Assembly: GCA_965228125.1 (NCBI GenBank)
Contig: OZ245791.1
Location: forward strand, 385,596 to 449,595
DNA length: 64,000 nt
Direction of reading: 5' to 3'
Source of the DNA: Victivallales bacterium
GTDB lineage: Bacteria > Verrucomicrobiota > Lentisphaeria > Victivallales > GWF2-38-69
The stretch's first letter is position 1; the number at the start of each line of letters is the position of its first letter. The notes beneath the pieces are model-generated. The model was not told the DNA's origin. It saw only the letters and a list, made by a program, of their open reading frames with translations, and made no database searches. This document shows, piece by piece, positions 9,148 to 17,168 of the stretch. Made by a program: the position numbers and the translations under genes.

Positions 9148-9270
9148 CGAGGTCGCTTCTCCTAACAGGCGAATATCCGGGGCGATTTTAGCATAAAACA
9201 GAAAGGATAAAGTTCTCTTGAGGAGTCAAAGTTTACTCCCATTCGCCTGTACGAGAGCTTTATGTTACCA
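9142..9270 (+). repeat. attC site 4 (long form)
   Basis: ATTTAAC (perfect RYYYAAC) over the stop; GCTTCTCCTAACAGGCGAAT / ATTCGCCTGTACGAGAGC arms about 60 nt apart; ends GTTACCA. Confidence 0.65.
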
Positions 9271-9344
9271 AAAAAGAAAACATTAAGCGTTGAAGATAGC
9301 AACTATATTGCGTATTATATTTAGTACATAATATGGAGGTAAAT

Positions 9345-9623
9345 ATGAAACGCATTGTATTGGATCAAGATATTCACTCAGTTTCCGACTTCAGAGCTCA
9401 CGCTAATTTTTACATGAAACAGATAAAACAAACGGCACGCCCATTAGTTCTTACTCAAAACGGAAAAAGTTCAGCCGTTGTTTTAGATGTAACAGAGTAT
9501 GAAAATCTACTTGAAGAACTTGAATTGGCCAGAGAAGTTCGACAAGCTCGGAATGAAATTAGAAATGGTGAAGTTTTTACTCATGCCGATGTAAAAGAAA
9601 AATTCTCAAAGAAATTCAACTAA
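9345..9623 (+). CDS. Cassette 5: Phd/YefM-family antitoxin
   Basis: SVSDFRAHANFYMKQIKQTARPLVLTQNGKSSAVVLDVTEYENLLEELE is the Phd/YefM pattern. I prefer the ATG at 9345, after GGAGGT. The stop overlaps the toxin start. Confidence 0.8.
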   Translation: MKRIVLDQDIHSVSDFRAHANFYMKQIKQTARPLVLTQNGKSSAVVLDVTEYENLLEELELAREVRQARNEIRNGEVFTHADVKEKFSKKFN

Positions 9624-9916
9624 TGAAAATTATCTGGTCAAAAACTGCTTCGATTAAGGCAGATGAAATATCCGATTACATTGCTAAAGACAGTATTAAT
9701 GAAGCAAGAAAATGGATATCTCAATTGCTCTCAGAAGTTGAAAGACTTGAAACTTTTCCAGAACTAGGGAGAATTGTGCCAAATTTAAATGATAATAGCC
9801 TAAGAGAAATAATCTTTGGAAATTATAGAGTTATATATGAAGTCAAAAATGACTCTATAGAGATACTGACATTCTGGCATTCTAGGAGATTACTAAATAA
9901 AGAAAATTTAAAATGA
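9623..9916 (+). CDS. Cassette 5: RelE/ParE-family toxin
   Basis: 97 aa. NYRVIYEVKNDSIEILTFWHSRR C-terminal pattern. Coupled to the Phd-like gene. Confidence 0.8.
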   Translation: MKIIWSKTASIKADEISDYIAKDSINEARKWISQLLSEVERLETFPELGRIVPNLNDNSLREIIFGNYRVIYEVKNDSIEILTFWHSRRLLNKENLK

Positions 9917-9985
9917 TAATCAGACAGTTCACTTGATCTGAAAATCGCTCCGCTTTTTTCCAGATAAGTGATTTCATTGTTATGG
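9914..9985 (+). repeat. attC site 5
   Basis: Degenerate left box TGATAAT over the stop; CACTTGATCTGAAAA / TTTTCCAGATAAGTG arms; ends GTTATGG. The right-hand 38 nt are identical to attC 2. Confidence 0.6.
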
Positions 9986-10048
9986 AAGATGAAATTGAAT
10001 ATTCTATCGAAATAAATATAATATCCATTATTAAAGATGGAGGAAAAA

Positions 10049-10261
10049 ATGCTTACTCAAGAAATAAAAAAAGAAATATTGGGTTTAAATTCTTTAGATA
10101 AAATCCATTTGGCTGAAATGATTTTTGATAGCTTGGATAAACCAGATTCAGAAATTGAAAAAATTTGGATAAATGAATCAGAGAAACGTTATAAGGCATA
10201 CAAACAAAATAAAATTCAAGGTATTTTTTTGAGTGAGATAAAAGAGAAATATGAAAAATGA
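10049..10261 (+). CDS. Cassette 6: addiction-module antitoxin (TIGR02574-like)
   Basis: LNSLDKIHLAEMIFDSLDKPDSEIEKIWINESEKRYKAY pattern. ATG at 10049 after GGAGGA. ATGA overlap with the toxin. Confidence 0.7.
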   Translation: MLTQEIKKEILGLNSLDKIHLAEMIFDSLDKPDSEIEKIWINESEKRYKAYKQNKIQGIFLSEIKEKYEK

Positions 10262-10551
10262 ATATTATTCTCCTTCCTCCATCTGATAAAGAACTTGATG
10301 AAGCTATCGACTATTATAATGACCAACAGACAGATTTAGGAAATAGATTTTATAAAGAATTTATTAGAGCAACTGAGCTAATAGACAGATCCCCTAAAAC
10401 CTGGAAAAAAGTAGGCAAATGTACCCATAAGATAAATATCAAAAGATTTCCGTATCTTGTTTTGTATGTTATTGATGGAAATGAAATACTCATTACTTGC
10501 ATTGCGCACCAACACAGAAGTCCTGATTATTATATTGAAAAAATATATTAA
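10258..10551 (+). CDS. Cassette 6: RelE/ParE-family toxin
   Basis: 97 aa. FPYLVLYVIDGNEILITCIAHQHRSP C-terminal pattern. Confidence 0.75.
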   Translation: MNIILLPPSDKELDEAIDYYNDQQTDLGNRFYKEFIRATELIDRSPKTWKKVGKCTHKINIKRFPYLVLYVIDGNEILITCIAHQHRSPDYYIEKIY

Positions 10552-10623
10552 TCATAACGAAATCGCTTCTCCTAACAGCTATTACGCTTCGCTCTATAGC
10601 TGTAGGAGAGCTTTTTGTTAGCT
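10552..10623 (+). repeat. attC site 6
   Basis: TCATAAC after the stop; GCTTCTCCTAACAGCTAT / ATAGCTGTAGGAGAGC arms with bulges; ends GTTAGCT. The left arm is shared with attC 4. Confidence 0.7.
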
Positions 10624-10699
10624 TGATTGAAAATTGAATAGACAATCATAATATGATATTTTTTGATAAATGCTTATTCTAAAACATATGAGGTATAAT

Positions 10700-11078
10700 A
10701 TGAGCATTACTTTATCAATAGATAAAATGTCTACTAAAGACCGTATTCAGGCAATGGAAGATTTATGGGATGCATTAACTCATGAGAAAAATGAAATAGA
10801 ATCTCCTTCATGGCACGAGGATATATTAAATTCAAGAAGAAAAAGAGGAATGGTTGTGAGATTACTTCTTTGACTCTATTATTTCTGACTTGGATTCATT
10901 AAGAATTTATGCCGGTATTCATACAAAACATTATGGTTACCATAGAATGATGTCCAAAAGATTTCCCTTTGCAATTTACTATGATTTTTTTCAAGAAGTA
11001 GCAGTTGTTATTGCGGTTCTGGATATGAGACGTAAACCTTCATGGATACAAGAGAAATTAAAAAATAGAAAAAGCTAA
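10700..11078 (+). pseudogene. Cassette 7: decayed antitoxin/toxin pair, paralog of cassette 2, with an internal deletion
   Basis: MSITLSIDKMSTKDRIQAMEDLWDAL..SPSWHEDILNSRRK matches 7676..7897 and then breaks off. The toxin frame resumes as DYFFDSIISDLDSLRIYAGI..FPFAIYYDF..VLDMRRKPSWIQEKL (matching 7894..8190 from about residue 29), behind an in-frame TGA and with no start codon. Confidence 0.75.
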
Positions 11079-11098
11079 CTAAATCATTTCAGTTAGTA
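11073..11098 (+). repeat. Terminal minimal attC-like remnant
   Basis: AGCTAAC-taaatcatttca-GTTAGTA: only the outer boxes remain. It overlaps the stop of the convergent DUF2062 gene. Confidence 0.35.
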
Positions 11099-11589
11099 TT
11101 TTTCGATCTGCCGATTTTACGTTGCTTTCTATAAATACGAATCAGGTGAGCCGAAATAAAATAAGCTGGAATAGCCATAATCAATCCCAAAATAGGCCCC
11201 CCCAGCATAAAGGATATAAAAAGATTCCATCCCAATCCAGTAAGCGAACTAAAGTCAAAAGAATAAATGACTTTTTCTATAGCTGACTGTATTTGGATAA
11301 AAGTAATAGGAATGCCAAGAATTTTCGCCCCTATAAGGCATGCCACAGGATATAAAATCGGCGTAGTGTAAGGATTGGAGAAAAAAGTAAAAAAAACAGC
11401 CATTCCCCTATGAGCTTTAAATATAAAAGCAAGGGGGACAACTACAATAACCTGTCCAATCGGAATCGCTACACTCATAAAAAAACCTATAGCTATTCCC
11501 ATAGCCACACTATGAACTGTTCCTTTGGAATTGACAAGCTTAATATAATAGTACTTGTAAGCTCTCCTGAATTTTTTCGAAAGCATCAA
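11089..11589 (-). CDS. DUF2062-family membrane protein
   Basis: 166 aa, 4 predicted TM. SVAMGIAIGFFMSVAIPIGQ...FFSNPYTTPILYP pattern. Confidence 0.7.
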   Translation of the reverse strand: MMLSKKFRRAYKYYYIKLVNSKGTVHSVAMGIAIGFFMSVAIPIGQVIVVVPLAFIFKAHRGMAVFFTFFSNPYTTPILYPVACLIGAKILGIPITFIQIQSAIEKVIYSFDFSSLTGLGWNLFISFMLGGPILGLIMAIPAYFISAHLIRIYRKQRKIGRSKNTN

Positions 11590-11597
11590 AAAATCGG

Positions 11598-11963
11598 TTA
11601 TCTCCTGATTGAAATCATTAACTGTTTGCTATTTACGGAATCTCCTGCTTTCACCTCTACCTTATCTATGGTGCCTGCAATAGGAGACAAAATTGAGTTT
11701 TCCATCTTCATAGCTTCGAGAACAAGAAGCTTTTCCCCTGATTCCACATGTTGGCCTTCCTGCACACCGATTTCTACAATAAGCCCCGGAAGCGGAGCAT
11801 TGACAGAAAGAATACCTGAAGATTCTTTTTTCGATGAAGCATGGGCTAATTTGTCTGATAATTCGGCAGAGAGTTCCCTTTTGGAAAAACCAGCACAGGG
11901 AGTTTCTTCGACCTCCACGACATAGCATTTATCATTTACTTTTACATTGAAAGTTTTCTTCAT
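11598..11963 (-). CDS. Biotin carboxyl carrier subunit (1.3S / MmdC-like)
   Basis: 121 aa. Biotinyl-lysine motif LEAMKMEN near the C-terminus. Confidence 0.85.
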   Translation of the reverse strand: MKKTFNVKVNDKCYVVEVEETPCAGFSKRELSAELSDKLAHASSKKESSGILSVNAPLPGLIVEIGVQEGQHVESGEKLLVLEAMKMENSILSPIAGTIDKVEVKAGDSVNSKQLMISIRR

Positions 11964-11984
11964 AACAATTTACCTCAGAGTTCG

Positions 11985-12146
11985 TCAGTTTAGTACAACT
12001 TCTGTTGTTTCGTAGCGTTCGCCATTTTGAGAAACAATGGAAGTTATTTTGAATTCAGCAGTCCCTATGCAGGAAGCTATAGCAGAATATATTGCTGCTA
12101 TTTCTTCCTGAGGAATTACCAGTTTATTACAACAACAATTAGTCAT
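11985..12146 (-). CDS. Small (53 aa) subunit-like ORF between carboxyltransferase and BCCP
   Basis: Not in the track (below 60 aa). Reads MTNCCCNKLVIPQEEIAAIYSAIASCIGTAEFKITSIVSQNGERYETTEVVLN and fills the gap in the operon. It sits where the small delta/epsilon subunits lie in mmd/oad clusters. Confidence 0.45.
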   Translation of the reverse strand: MTNCCCNKLVIPQEEIAAIYSAIASCIGTAEFKITSIVSQNGERYETTEVVLN

Positions 12147-12158
12147 ATCATAACCTGT

Positions 12159-13718
12159 TTATAATGGAATATTACCGTGTTTCCTTGCGGGTCTCTCGAC
12201 ATTCTTTGTTACAGATATATCAAGAGCCTTTATTATCACTTCTCTAGTTTCTTTTGGATCTATAACGCCTTCGATATAACCTCTGGAAGCGGCCACATAA
12301 GGATTATTGAACATATCCTTGTATTCCTTGATTCTCGCCTTTCTGGTTTCTTCAGGATTCTGTGATGAAGATATATCCTTGGCAAATATAATATTAGCCG
12401 CTCCATCTGCGCCCATTACAGCTATTTCAGCATTCGGCCACGCATAAACAAAATCAGCCCCAAGATGCTGCGAAGCCATGGCAATATATGCACCGCCATA
12501 GGATTTCCTAAGGATAATGGAAACCATAGGAACAGTAGCTTCCGAGTATGCATAAAGGAGTTTAGCTCCATGCCTGATTACACCACCGTGCTCCTGACCT
12601 ACGCCTGGAAGAAATCCCGGAGTATCTACGAATGTAATAATAGGAATATTGAAAGCATCGCAGAACCTGATAAAACGGGATGATTTGTCAGATGCATCAA
12701 TATCTAAAACTCCGGCAAGAATATTTGGTTGATTTGCTATTATGCCTACGGATTTCCCGCTTATTCTGGCAAAAGCAGTTACCATATTCTGCGCAAAGTA
12801 AGGTTGAACTTCAAAGAGACTATCTTTATCAAAAACCAGATTCAGTATGTCTCTTATATCATAGGCTTTCTTTGGGTCAAGAGGCACGATATCATATATT
12901 TTTTCGTCAAGTCTATACTCTATATCATAAGCTGCGTCTCCAATCTTATTCTTATTTGAAGAAGGAATGTAAGAAAGAAGTTTTCTTGCGATATTTAACG
13001 CTTCCTCATCGCTCTTGGCAGAAAAATGAGCAACGCCGCTTACACTATTGTGCACTTTAGCACCACCAAGTCCATTCTTGTCAATATCTTCATTCGTAAC
13101 AGCTTTTACAACCGCAGGGCCTGTAATAAACATTTGTGAGAGTTCATCAACCATTATTATAAAATCTGTTATTGCAGGAGAATAAACAGCACCTCCTGCA
13201 CAAGGACCGGCTATTACGGAAATCTGAGGAATCACGCCTGAAGCATGAGTGTTTCTGAGAAAAATTCCACCGTATCCGAAAAGGGCATCCACTCCTTCCT
13301 GAATTCTGGCGCCGCCCGAATCATTGATACCTATAAGAGGCATCCCGTACTTCATGGCCATATCTTGAATCTTCATGATTTCCTTGGCATGCATTTCGCC
13401 TAACGAACCGCCTTGCACTGTAAAGTCCTGGGAAAAGACAGCAACTTTCCTGCCATCTATAGTACCAAAACCTGTTATTACCGCATCATAAGGTATTTCC
13501 TTTTTATCAAGGCCGAAATAATAACATCTGTGTTTTACAAACTTACCTATTTCTTCAAAGCTGCCTTCGTCCAGCAAAAGCTCAACTCTTTCTCTGGCAG
13601 TGAGTTTTCCTTGGGCATGCTGCTTATCTATAGCCGCACTCCCACCGCCTAAATCGAGTTTATCCATTTTAGCTTTCAGGCCATTTACAAGCTCCTTCAT
13701 ATTTTCTATTTCAGACAT
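12159..13718 (-). CDS. Methylmalonyl-CoA carboxyltransferase / propionyl-CoA carboxylase beta-type subunit
   Basis: 519 aa. Acyl-CoA carboxyltransferase pattern (GGSLGEMHAKEI, GPCAGGAVYSPA, RKSYGGAYIAM). Confidence 0.9.
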   Translation of the reverse strand: MSEIENMKELVNGLKAKMDKLDLGGGSAAIDKQHAQGKLTARERVELLLDEGSFEEIGKFVKHRCYYFGLDKKEIPYDAVITGFGTIDGRKVAVFSQDFTVQGGSLGEMHAKEIMKIQDMAMKYGMPLIGINDSGGARIQEGVDALFGYGGIFLRNTHASGVIPQISVIAGPCAGGAVYSPAITDFIIMVDELSQMFITGPAVVKAVTNEDIDKNGLGGAKVHNSVSGVAHFSAKSDEEALNIARKLLSYIPSSNKNKIGDAAYDIEYRLDEKIYDIVPLDPKKAYDIRDILNLVFDKDSLFEVQPYFAQNMVTAFARISGKSVGIIANQPNILAGVLDIDASDKSSRFIRFCDAFNIPIITFVDTPGFLPGVGQEHGGVIRHGAKLLYAYSEATVPMVSIILRKSYGGAYIAMASQHLGADFVYAWPNAEIAVMGADGAANIIFAKDISSSQNPEETRKARIKEYKDMFNNPYVAASRGYIEGVIDPKETREVIIKALDISVTKNVERPARKHGNIPL

Positions 13719-13735
13719 TGCAAAGCTCCTTAGTT

Positions 13736-14134
13736 TTAGTTATGTTGGCAGATTTCGGTCAAAACGCCATTGGTACATTTCGGATGCATAAACACTACCA
13801 AAGTATTATGAGCACCTTGTTTAGGAGTATCGCTAAGAGGTTTAAGCCCGAGTTCTTTAGCCTTATCTATGTATAGTTGGACATTGTCAACACAGTAAGC
13901 AAGGTGATGCAATCCTTCGCCCTTAGTCTCAAGGAACTTGGAAATCTCAGAATCTTCTCTTACAGGCTGAAGCAATTCAATTCGCGTATCCCCGACATTA
14001 ATAAAACAGACTTTTATCCCCCTTGCTTCGATTACTTCTTCTCCTGCAGGTTCAAAACCAAGAAGGCCTGAATAAAGTTTTAAAGCTTCTTCTATTGATT
14101 TGACGACGATGCCGATGTGATCAATTTTTTTCAT
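13736..14134 (-). CDS. mce: Methylmalonyl-CoA epimerase (VOC/glyoxalase fold)
   Basis: 132 aa. MKKIDHIGIVVKSIEEALKLY...GEGLHHLAY pattern. Sits in an operon with the carboxyltransferase. Confidence 0.8.
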   Translation of the reverse strand: MKKIDHIGIVVKSIEEALKLYSGLLGFEPAGEEVIEARGIKVCFINVGDTRIELLQPVREDSEISKFLETKGEGLHHLAYCVDNVQLYIDKAKELGLKPLSDTPKQGAHNTLVVFMHPKCTNGVLTEICQHN

Positions 14135-14406
14135 ATACTTGTCCTCTTTTTATATTTTGTAATGTATGTATAAAAACGCACAAACAGGCTATGCTGTTCT
14201 CGGTATAAATACTGCAAACTCGGTTAAAGCTTATCGTAAAGATATTCAAATTTCAATAAGGGCTTAAAGATATAAAGTTTAATGAATTATCCTTCTTTTT
14301 TTATTGCAACAGAGCTAATGATTTCCTATTGGATATTTTACCGAACTAGTTATAATGAACTCGTCAACCACTTTTTTAAACTCAAAATAACCCCAAGGAC
14401 ATTGTT

Positions 14407-14622
14407 ATGGCAAAAAAAAACGTAGAGGATATTGTCATCAATAAAGTGTGGTGCAAAGGTTGCGGCATCTGCGTTCATTTCTGTCCCAAAAAAGTACTCG
14501 AAATGGATAAAGATTCCAAAGCATCTGTAGTAAAACTCGAGGACTGCATAGGATGCAGACTTTGCGAACTCAGATGCCCTGATTTTGCTATTCAAGTAAA
14601 CTTTAAAGATAAGGACGAATAG
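14407..14622 (+). CDS. korD: 2-oxoacid:ferredoxin oxidoreductase delta subunit (2x[4Fe-4S])
   Basis: 71 aa with CKGCGICVHFCP and CIGCRLCELRCP. Confidence 0.85.
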   Translation: MAKKNVEDIVINKVWCKGCGICVHFCPKKVLEMDKDSKASVVKLEDCIGCRLCELRCPDFAIQVNFKDKDE

Positions 14623-14627
14623 GAAAT

Positions 14628-15776
14628 ATGGAAGGGAATGTAAAATTTGTACAAGGCAATGAAGCCTGCGTGGAAGGAGCAATGTACGCAGGTTGTAATT
14701 TTTTTGCAGGCTATCCTATTACTCCATCCACTGAAGTTGCCGAACAGTTAGCTTTAAGACTTCCTAAAAATGGCGGCAAGTTTATACAGATGGAAGATGA
14801 AATTGCCTCAATGTGCGCAATCATCGGCGCTTCGTTGACAGGCGCAAAGACTATGACAGCCACAAGCGGGCCTGGTTTTTCGCTCAAACAGGAAGCCTTG
14901 GGTTACGCAATAATGGCCGAAATCCCATGCGTCATAGTGAATGTACAAAGAGGCGGACCATCTACAGGCAATCCGACCCATGTCAGCCAAGGTGACGTGA
15001 TGCAGGCTAAATGGGGAACACATGGCGACCATTCAATTGTGGCTTTAACCGCATCAAACATTCAAGACGTGTTCGAGATCACGGTAGAAGCTTTCAATAT
15101 AGCAGAAACCTTCAGAACTCCTGTGGTACTCCTCTTCGATGAAATCGTTGGTCACATGAGAGAAAAACTGGTTGTACCCCAAAAAGGCGTGCTCCCTGTA
15201 ATCGAACGCCTTAGAACCTCTGTTCCTCCAGGTACAGATTATCACCCCTACTTTCCTAGAAAAGACGGTAGGCTGCCAATGTCCGACTTTGGGGCAGAAC
15301 ATCGTTACAATGTTACCGGATTGTTTCATGACATGTGGGGATTCCCGACAGACAAACCAGAACTCGTTCACAGTTTAATGCGTCATCTTATCGACAAAAT
15401 CGATACGCACCCTAAACACATTTGCAAAACTAAAAAATATTTTCTTGATGATGCGGAAACAGTTCTCGTATCTTATGGAGCATCTGCCAGAACCGCTCTT
15501 GAAGCAGTCAATTATTCCAGAGCCAGAGAAAGAAAAGTCGGGCTGCTTGAACTCCAGACGATATGGCCTTTTCCAAAAGACACAGTTGCCGAATACTGTG
15601 ATAAGGCTAAAAGAGTAGTCGTAATTGAGATGAATATGGGGCAAGTAATGGAACAGGTCAAAGCCTCCGTAAAATATCCAAACCACGTATTCCTCTGCAA
15701 CAGATACGACGGTACGCTCATTAATCCAAGTGATATAAAGAATGTCTTAAGAGTTATAGAAGGAAGGGGGTTCTAA
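14628..15776 (+). CDS. korA: 2-oxoglutarate:ferredoxin oxidoreductase alpha subunit
   Basis: 382 aa. GYPITPSTEV, SGPGFSLKQE and QRGGPSTG motifs. Confidence 0.85.
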   Translation: MEGNVKFVQGNEACVEGAMYAGCNFFAGYPITPSTEVAEQLALRLPKNGGKFIQMEDEIASMCAIIGASLTGAKTMTATSGPGFSLKQEALGYAIMAEIPCVIVNVQRGGPSTGNPTHVSQGDVMQAKWGTHGDHSIVALTASNIQDVFEITVEAFNIAETFRTPVVLLFDEIVGHMREKLVVPQKGVLPVIERLRTSVPPGTDYHPYFPRKDGRLPMSDFGAEHRYNVTGLFHDMWGFPTDKPELVHSLMRHLIDKIDTHPKHICKTKKYFLDDAETVLVSYGASARTALEAVNYSRARERKVGLLELQTIWPFPKDTVAEYCDKAKRVVVIEMNMGQVMEQVKASVKYPNHVFLCNRYDGTLINPSDIKNVLRVIEGRGF

Positions 15777-15777
15777 T

Positions 15778-16587
15778 ATGCCAGTACAAGATTATATACG
15801 AAAACGCTTTTTCCCTCATATTTGGTGTGCGGGATGCGGACATGGAATAGTTCTTCGGGGAATACTATCGGCAATTGAAGAACTCGAAATCAACAAAAAA
15901 AATGTCGCTATGGTTTCGGGTATCGGATGTTCCTCCAGAATTGTAGGGTACACCGATTTCCACACGCTCCACACGCTTCATGGCAGAGCTTTGTCATTTG
16001 CTACTGGTGTTAAGTTTAGCAAACCTGAACTTACAGTAATAGCACCTATGGGCGATGGTGATGCCATGGCTATCGGCGGCAACCACTTTATTCACGCATG
16101 CAGAAGAAATATTGACATGACAGCTGTCATTATGAATAACAGAATATACGGAATGACCGGAGGTCAATTCTCCCCTCTTTCAGGTCAGGGAATTCATGCT
16201 ACCACCGCTCCTTATGGTAACATAGACTATGAATTTGACACAGTAGAATTAGCCAGAGGTGCAGGAGCTACTTTTGTAGCAAGAACCACCGTATATCACG
16301 TTACTGAAATAACCAGTATTTTAAAGAAGGCTATTCAACACAAGGGATTCTCTGTAGTGGAAGTCCTTTCTCAGTGTCCTACTTATTTTGGCAGAAAGAA
16401 CAAAATTAAGAGTGCCATAGAGATGATGGAATTCTTTAAAAACAATACTACTAACATCGGTTCTGATGCAAAGAAAGCCAACCCTTCCCTGATTGAAAGG
16501 GGTATATTTGTGCAAACAGAAAAGGGCGAATACTGCAGTCAGTATGACAAAGTCATAGAAATCGCATCAAAAGCGAAGGAGGCTTAA
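15778..16587 (+). CDS. korB: 2-oxoglutarate:ferredoxin oxidoreductase beta (TPP) subunit
   Basis: 269 aa. WCAGCGHG cluster motif and GDGD..AIGGNH TPP motif. Confidence 0.85.
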   Translation: MPVQDYIRKRFFPHIWCAGCGHGIVLRGILSAIEELEINKKNVAMVSGIGCSSRIVGYTDFHTLHTLHGRALSFATGVKFSKPELTVIAPMGDGDAMAIGGNHFIHACRRNIDMTAVIMNNRIYGMTGGQFSPLSGQGIHATTAPYGNIDYEFDTVELARGAGATFVARTTVYHVTEITSILKKAIQHKGFSVVEVLSQCPTYFGRKNKIKSAIEMMEFFKNNTTNIGSDAKKANPSLIERGIFVQTEKGEYCSQYDKVIEIASKAKEA

Positions 16588-16593
16588 AGAATT

Positions 16594-17124
16594 ATGGATA
16601 TACATAGACTCGTATTTTCAGGTTCGGGCGGGCAAGGCGTAATTACAGCAGCTGTAATTCTTGCTGAGGCAGCCGTAATGTATGACAACCTACATGCTGT
16701 CCAAGCTCAGTCTTATGGCCCTGAAGCCAGAGGCGGGGCTACAAGAAGTGATGTAATTATCTCAAGCGAACAGATCAATTACCCCAAAGTAACAAACCCA
16801 AATATACTAGTTTGCCTTACACAGGAAGCCTATAATAAATTCTCAAGCATAGTTCTTCCCGGCGGGCTCATAATCACGGATTCAAGATTTGTAACCGTAA
16901 ACAGAAACTGCGACGCTGTCCAAAAAGAACTGCCTATCTATGACACCGTAGTCGGAAAGTTAGGCAATCCTATCGTTCTTAATGTATGCATGTTGGGAGT
17001 AGTAGTGAAATTTCTGCCTGTAGTCAAGAAAGAATCTGTAATAAAAGCTGTTACTACAAAGATAAATCCAAAATTTATAGATCTTAATACTCAGGCATTC
17101 AATATTGGATTAAGCCTTGCATAA
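16594..17124 (+). CDS. korC: 2-oxoglutarate:ferredoxin oxidoreductase gamma subunit
   Basis: 176 aa. GSGGQGV...SYGPEARGG pattern. Confidence 0.85.
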   Translation: MDIHRLVFSGSGGQGVITAAVILAEAAVMYDNLHAVQAQSYGPEARGGATRSDVIISSEQINYPKVTNPNILVCLTQEAYNKFSSIVLPGGLIITDSRFVTVNRNCDAVQKELPIYDTVVGKLGNPIVLNVCMLGVVVKFLPVVKKESVIKAVTTKINPKFIDLNTQAFNIGLSLA

Positions 17125-17168
17125 AAAAACAGATATATAACTTCAAAAAAAGAAATAAGAGGGTATCT

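Larger units (their letters stand above)
4936..11098. mobile_element. Integron: intI, Pc/attI region and a seven-cassette array
   Basis: An integron-type tyrosine recombinase faces divergently a + strand array in which every ORF unit is followed by an imperfect palindrome running from a ..TAAC box to a GTTA... box. Confidence 0.85.

Noticed and set aside
7521-11098. Regularly spaced palindromic repeats that could be mistaken for a CRISPR array
   Set aside because: The repeats are imperfect palindromes of variable length (26-129 bp) with TAAC/GTTA ends. The 'spacers' are 0.3-1.2 kb and filled by ORFs. No cas genes are present. This is the attC pattern, not CRISPR.
11410-11925. 171-aa + strand ORF, plus similar long antisense ORFs at 47559..48029, 52880..53455, 53767..54267, 12680..13060, 23994..24485 and 25981..26334
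   Set aside because: Each lies antisense to, or out of frame within, a gene with strong family motifs (DUF2062/BCCP, MFS, SPFH, NfeD, carboxyltransferase, S1, SecDF). Their sequences are low-complexity, so they are shadow ORFs.
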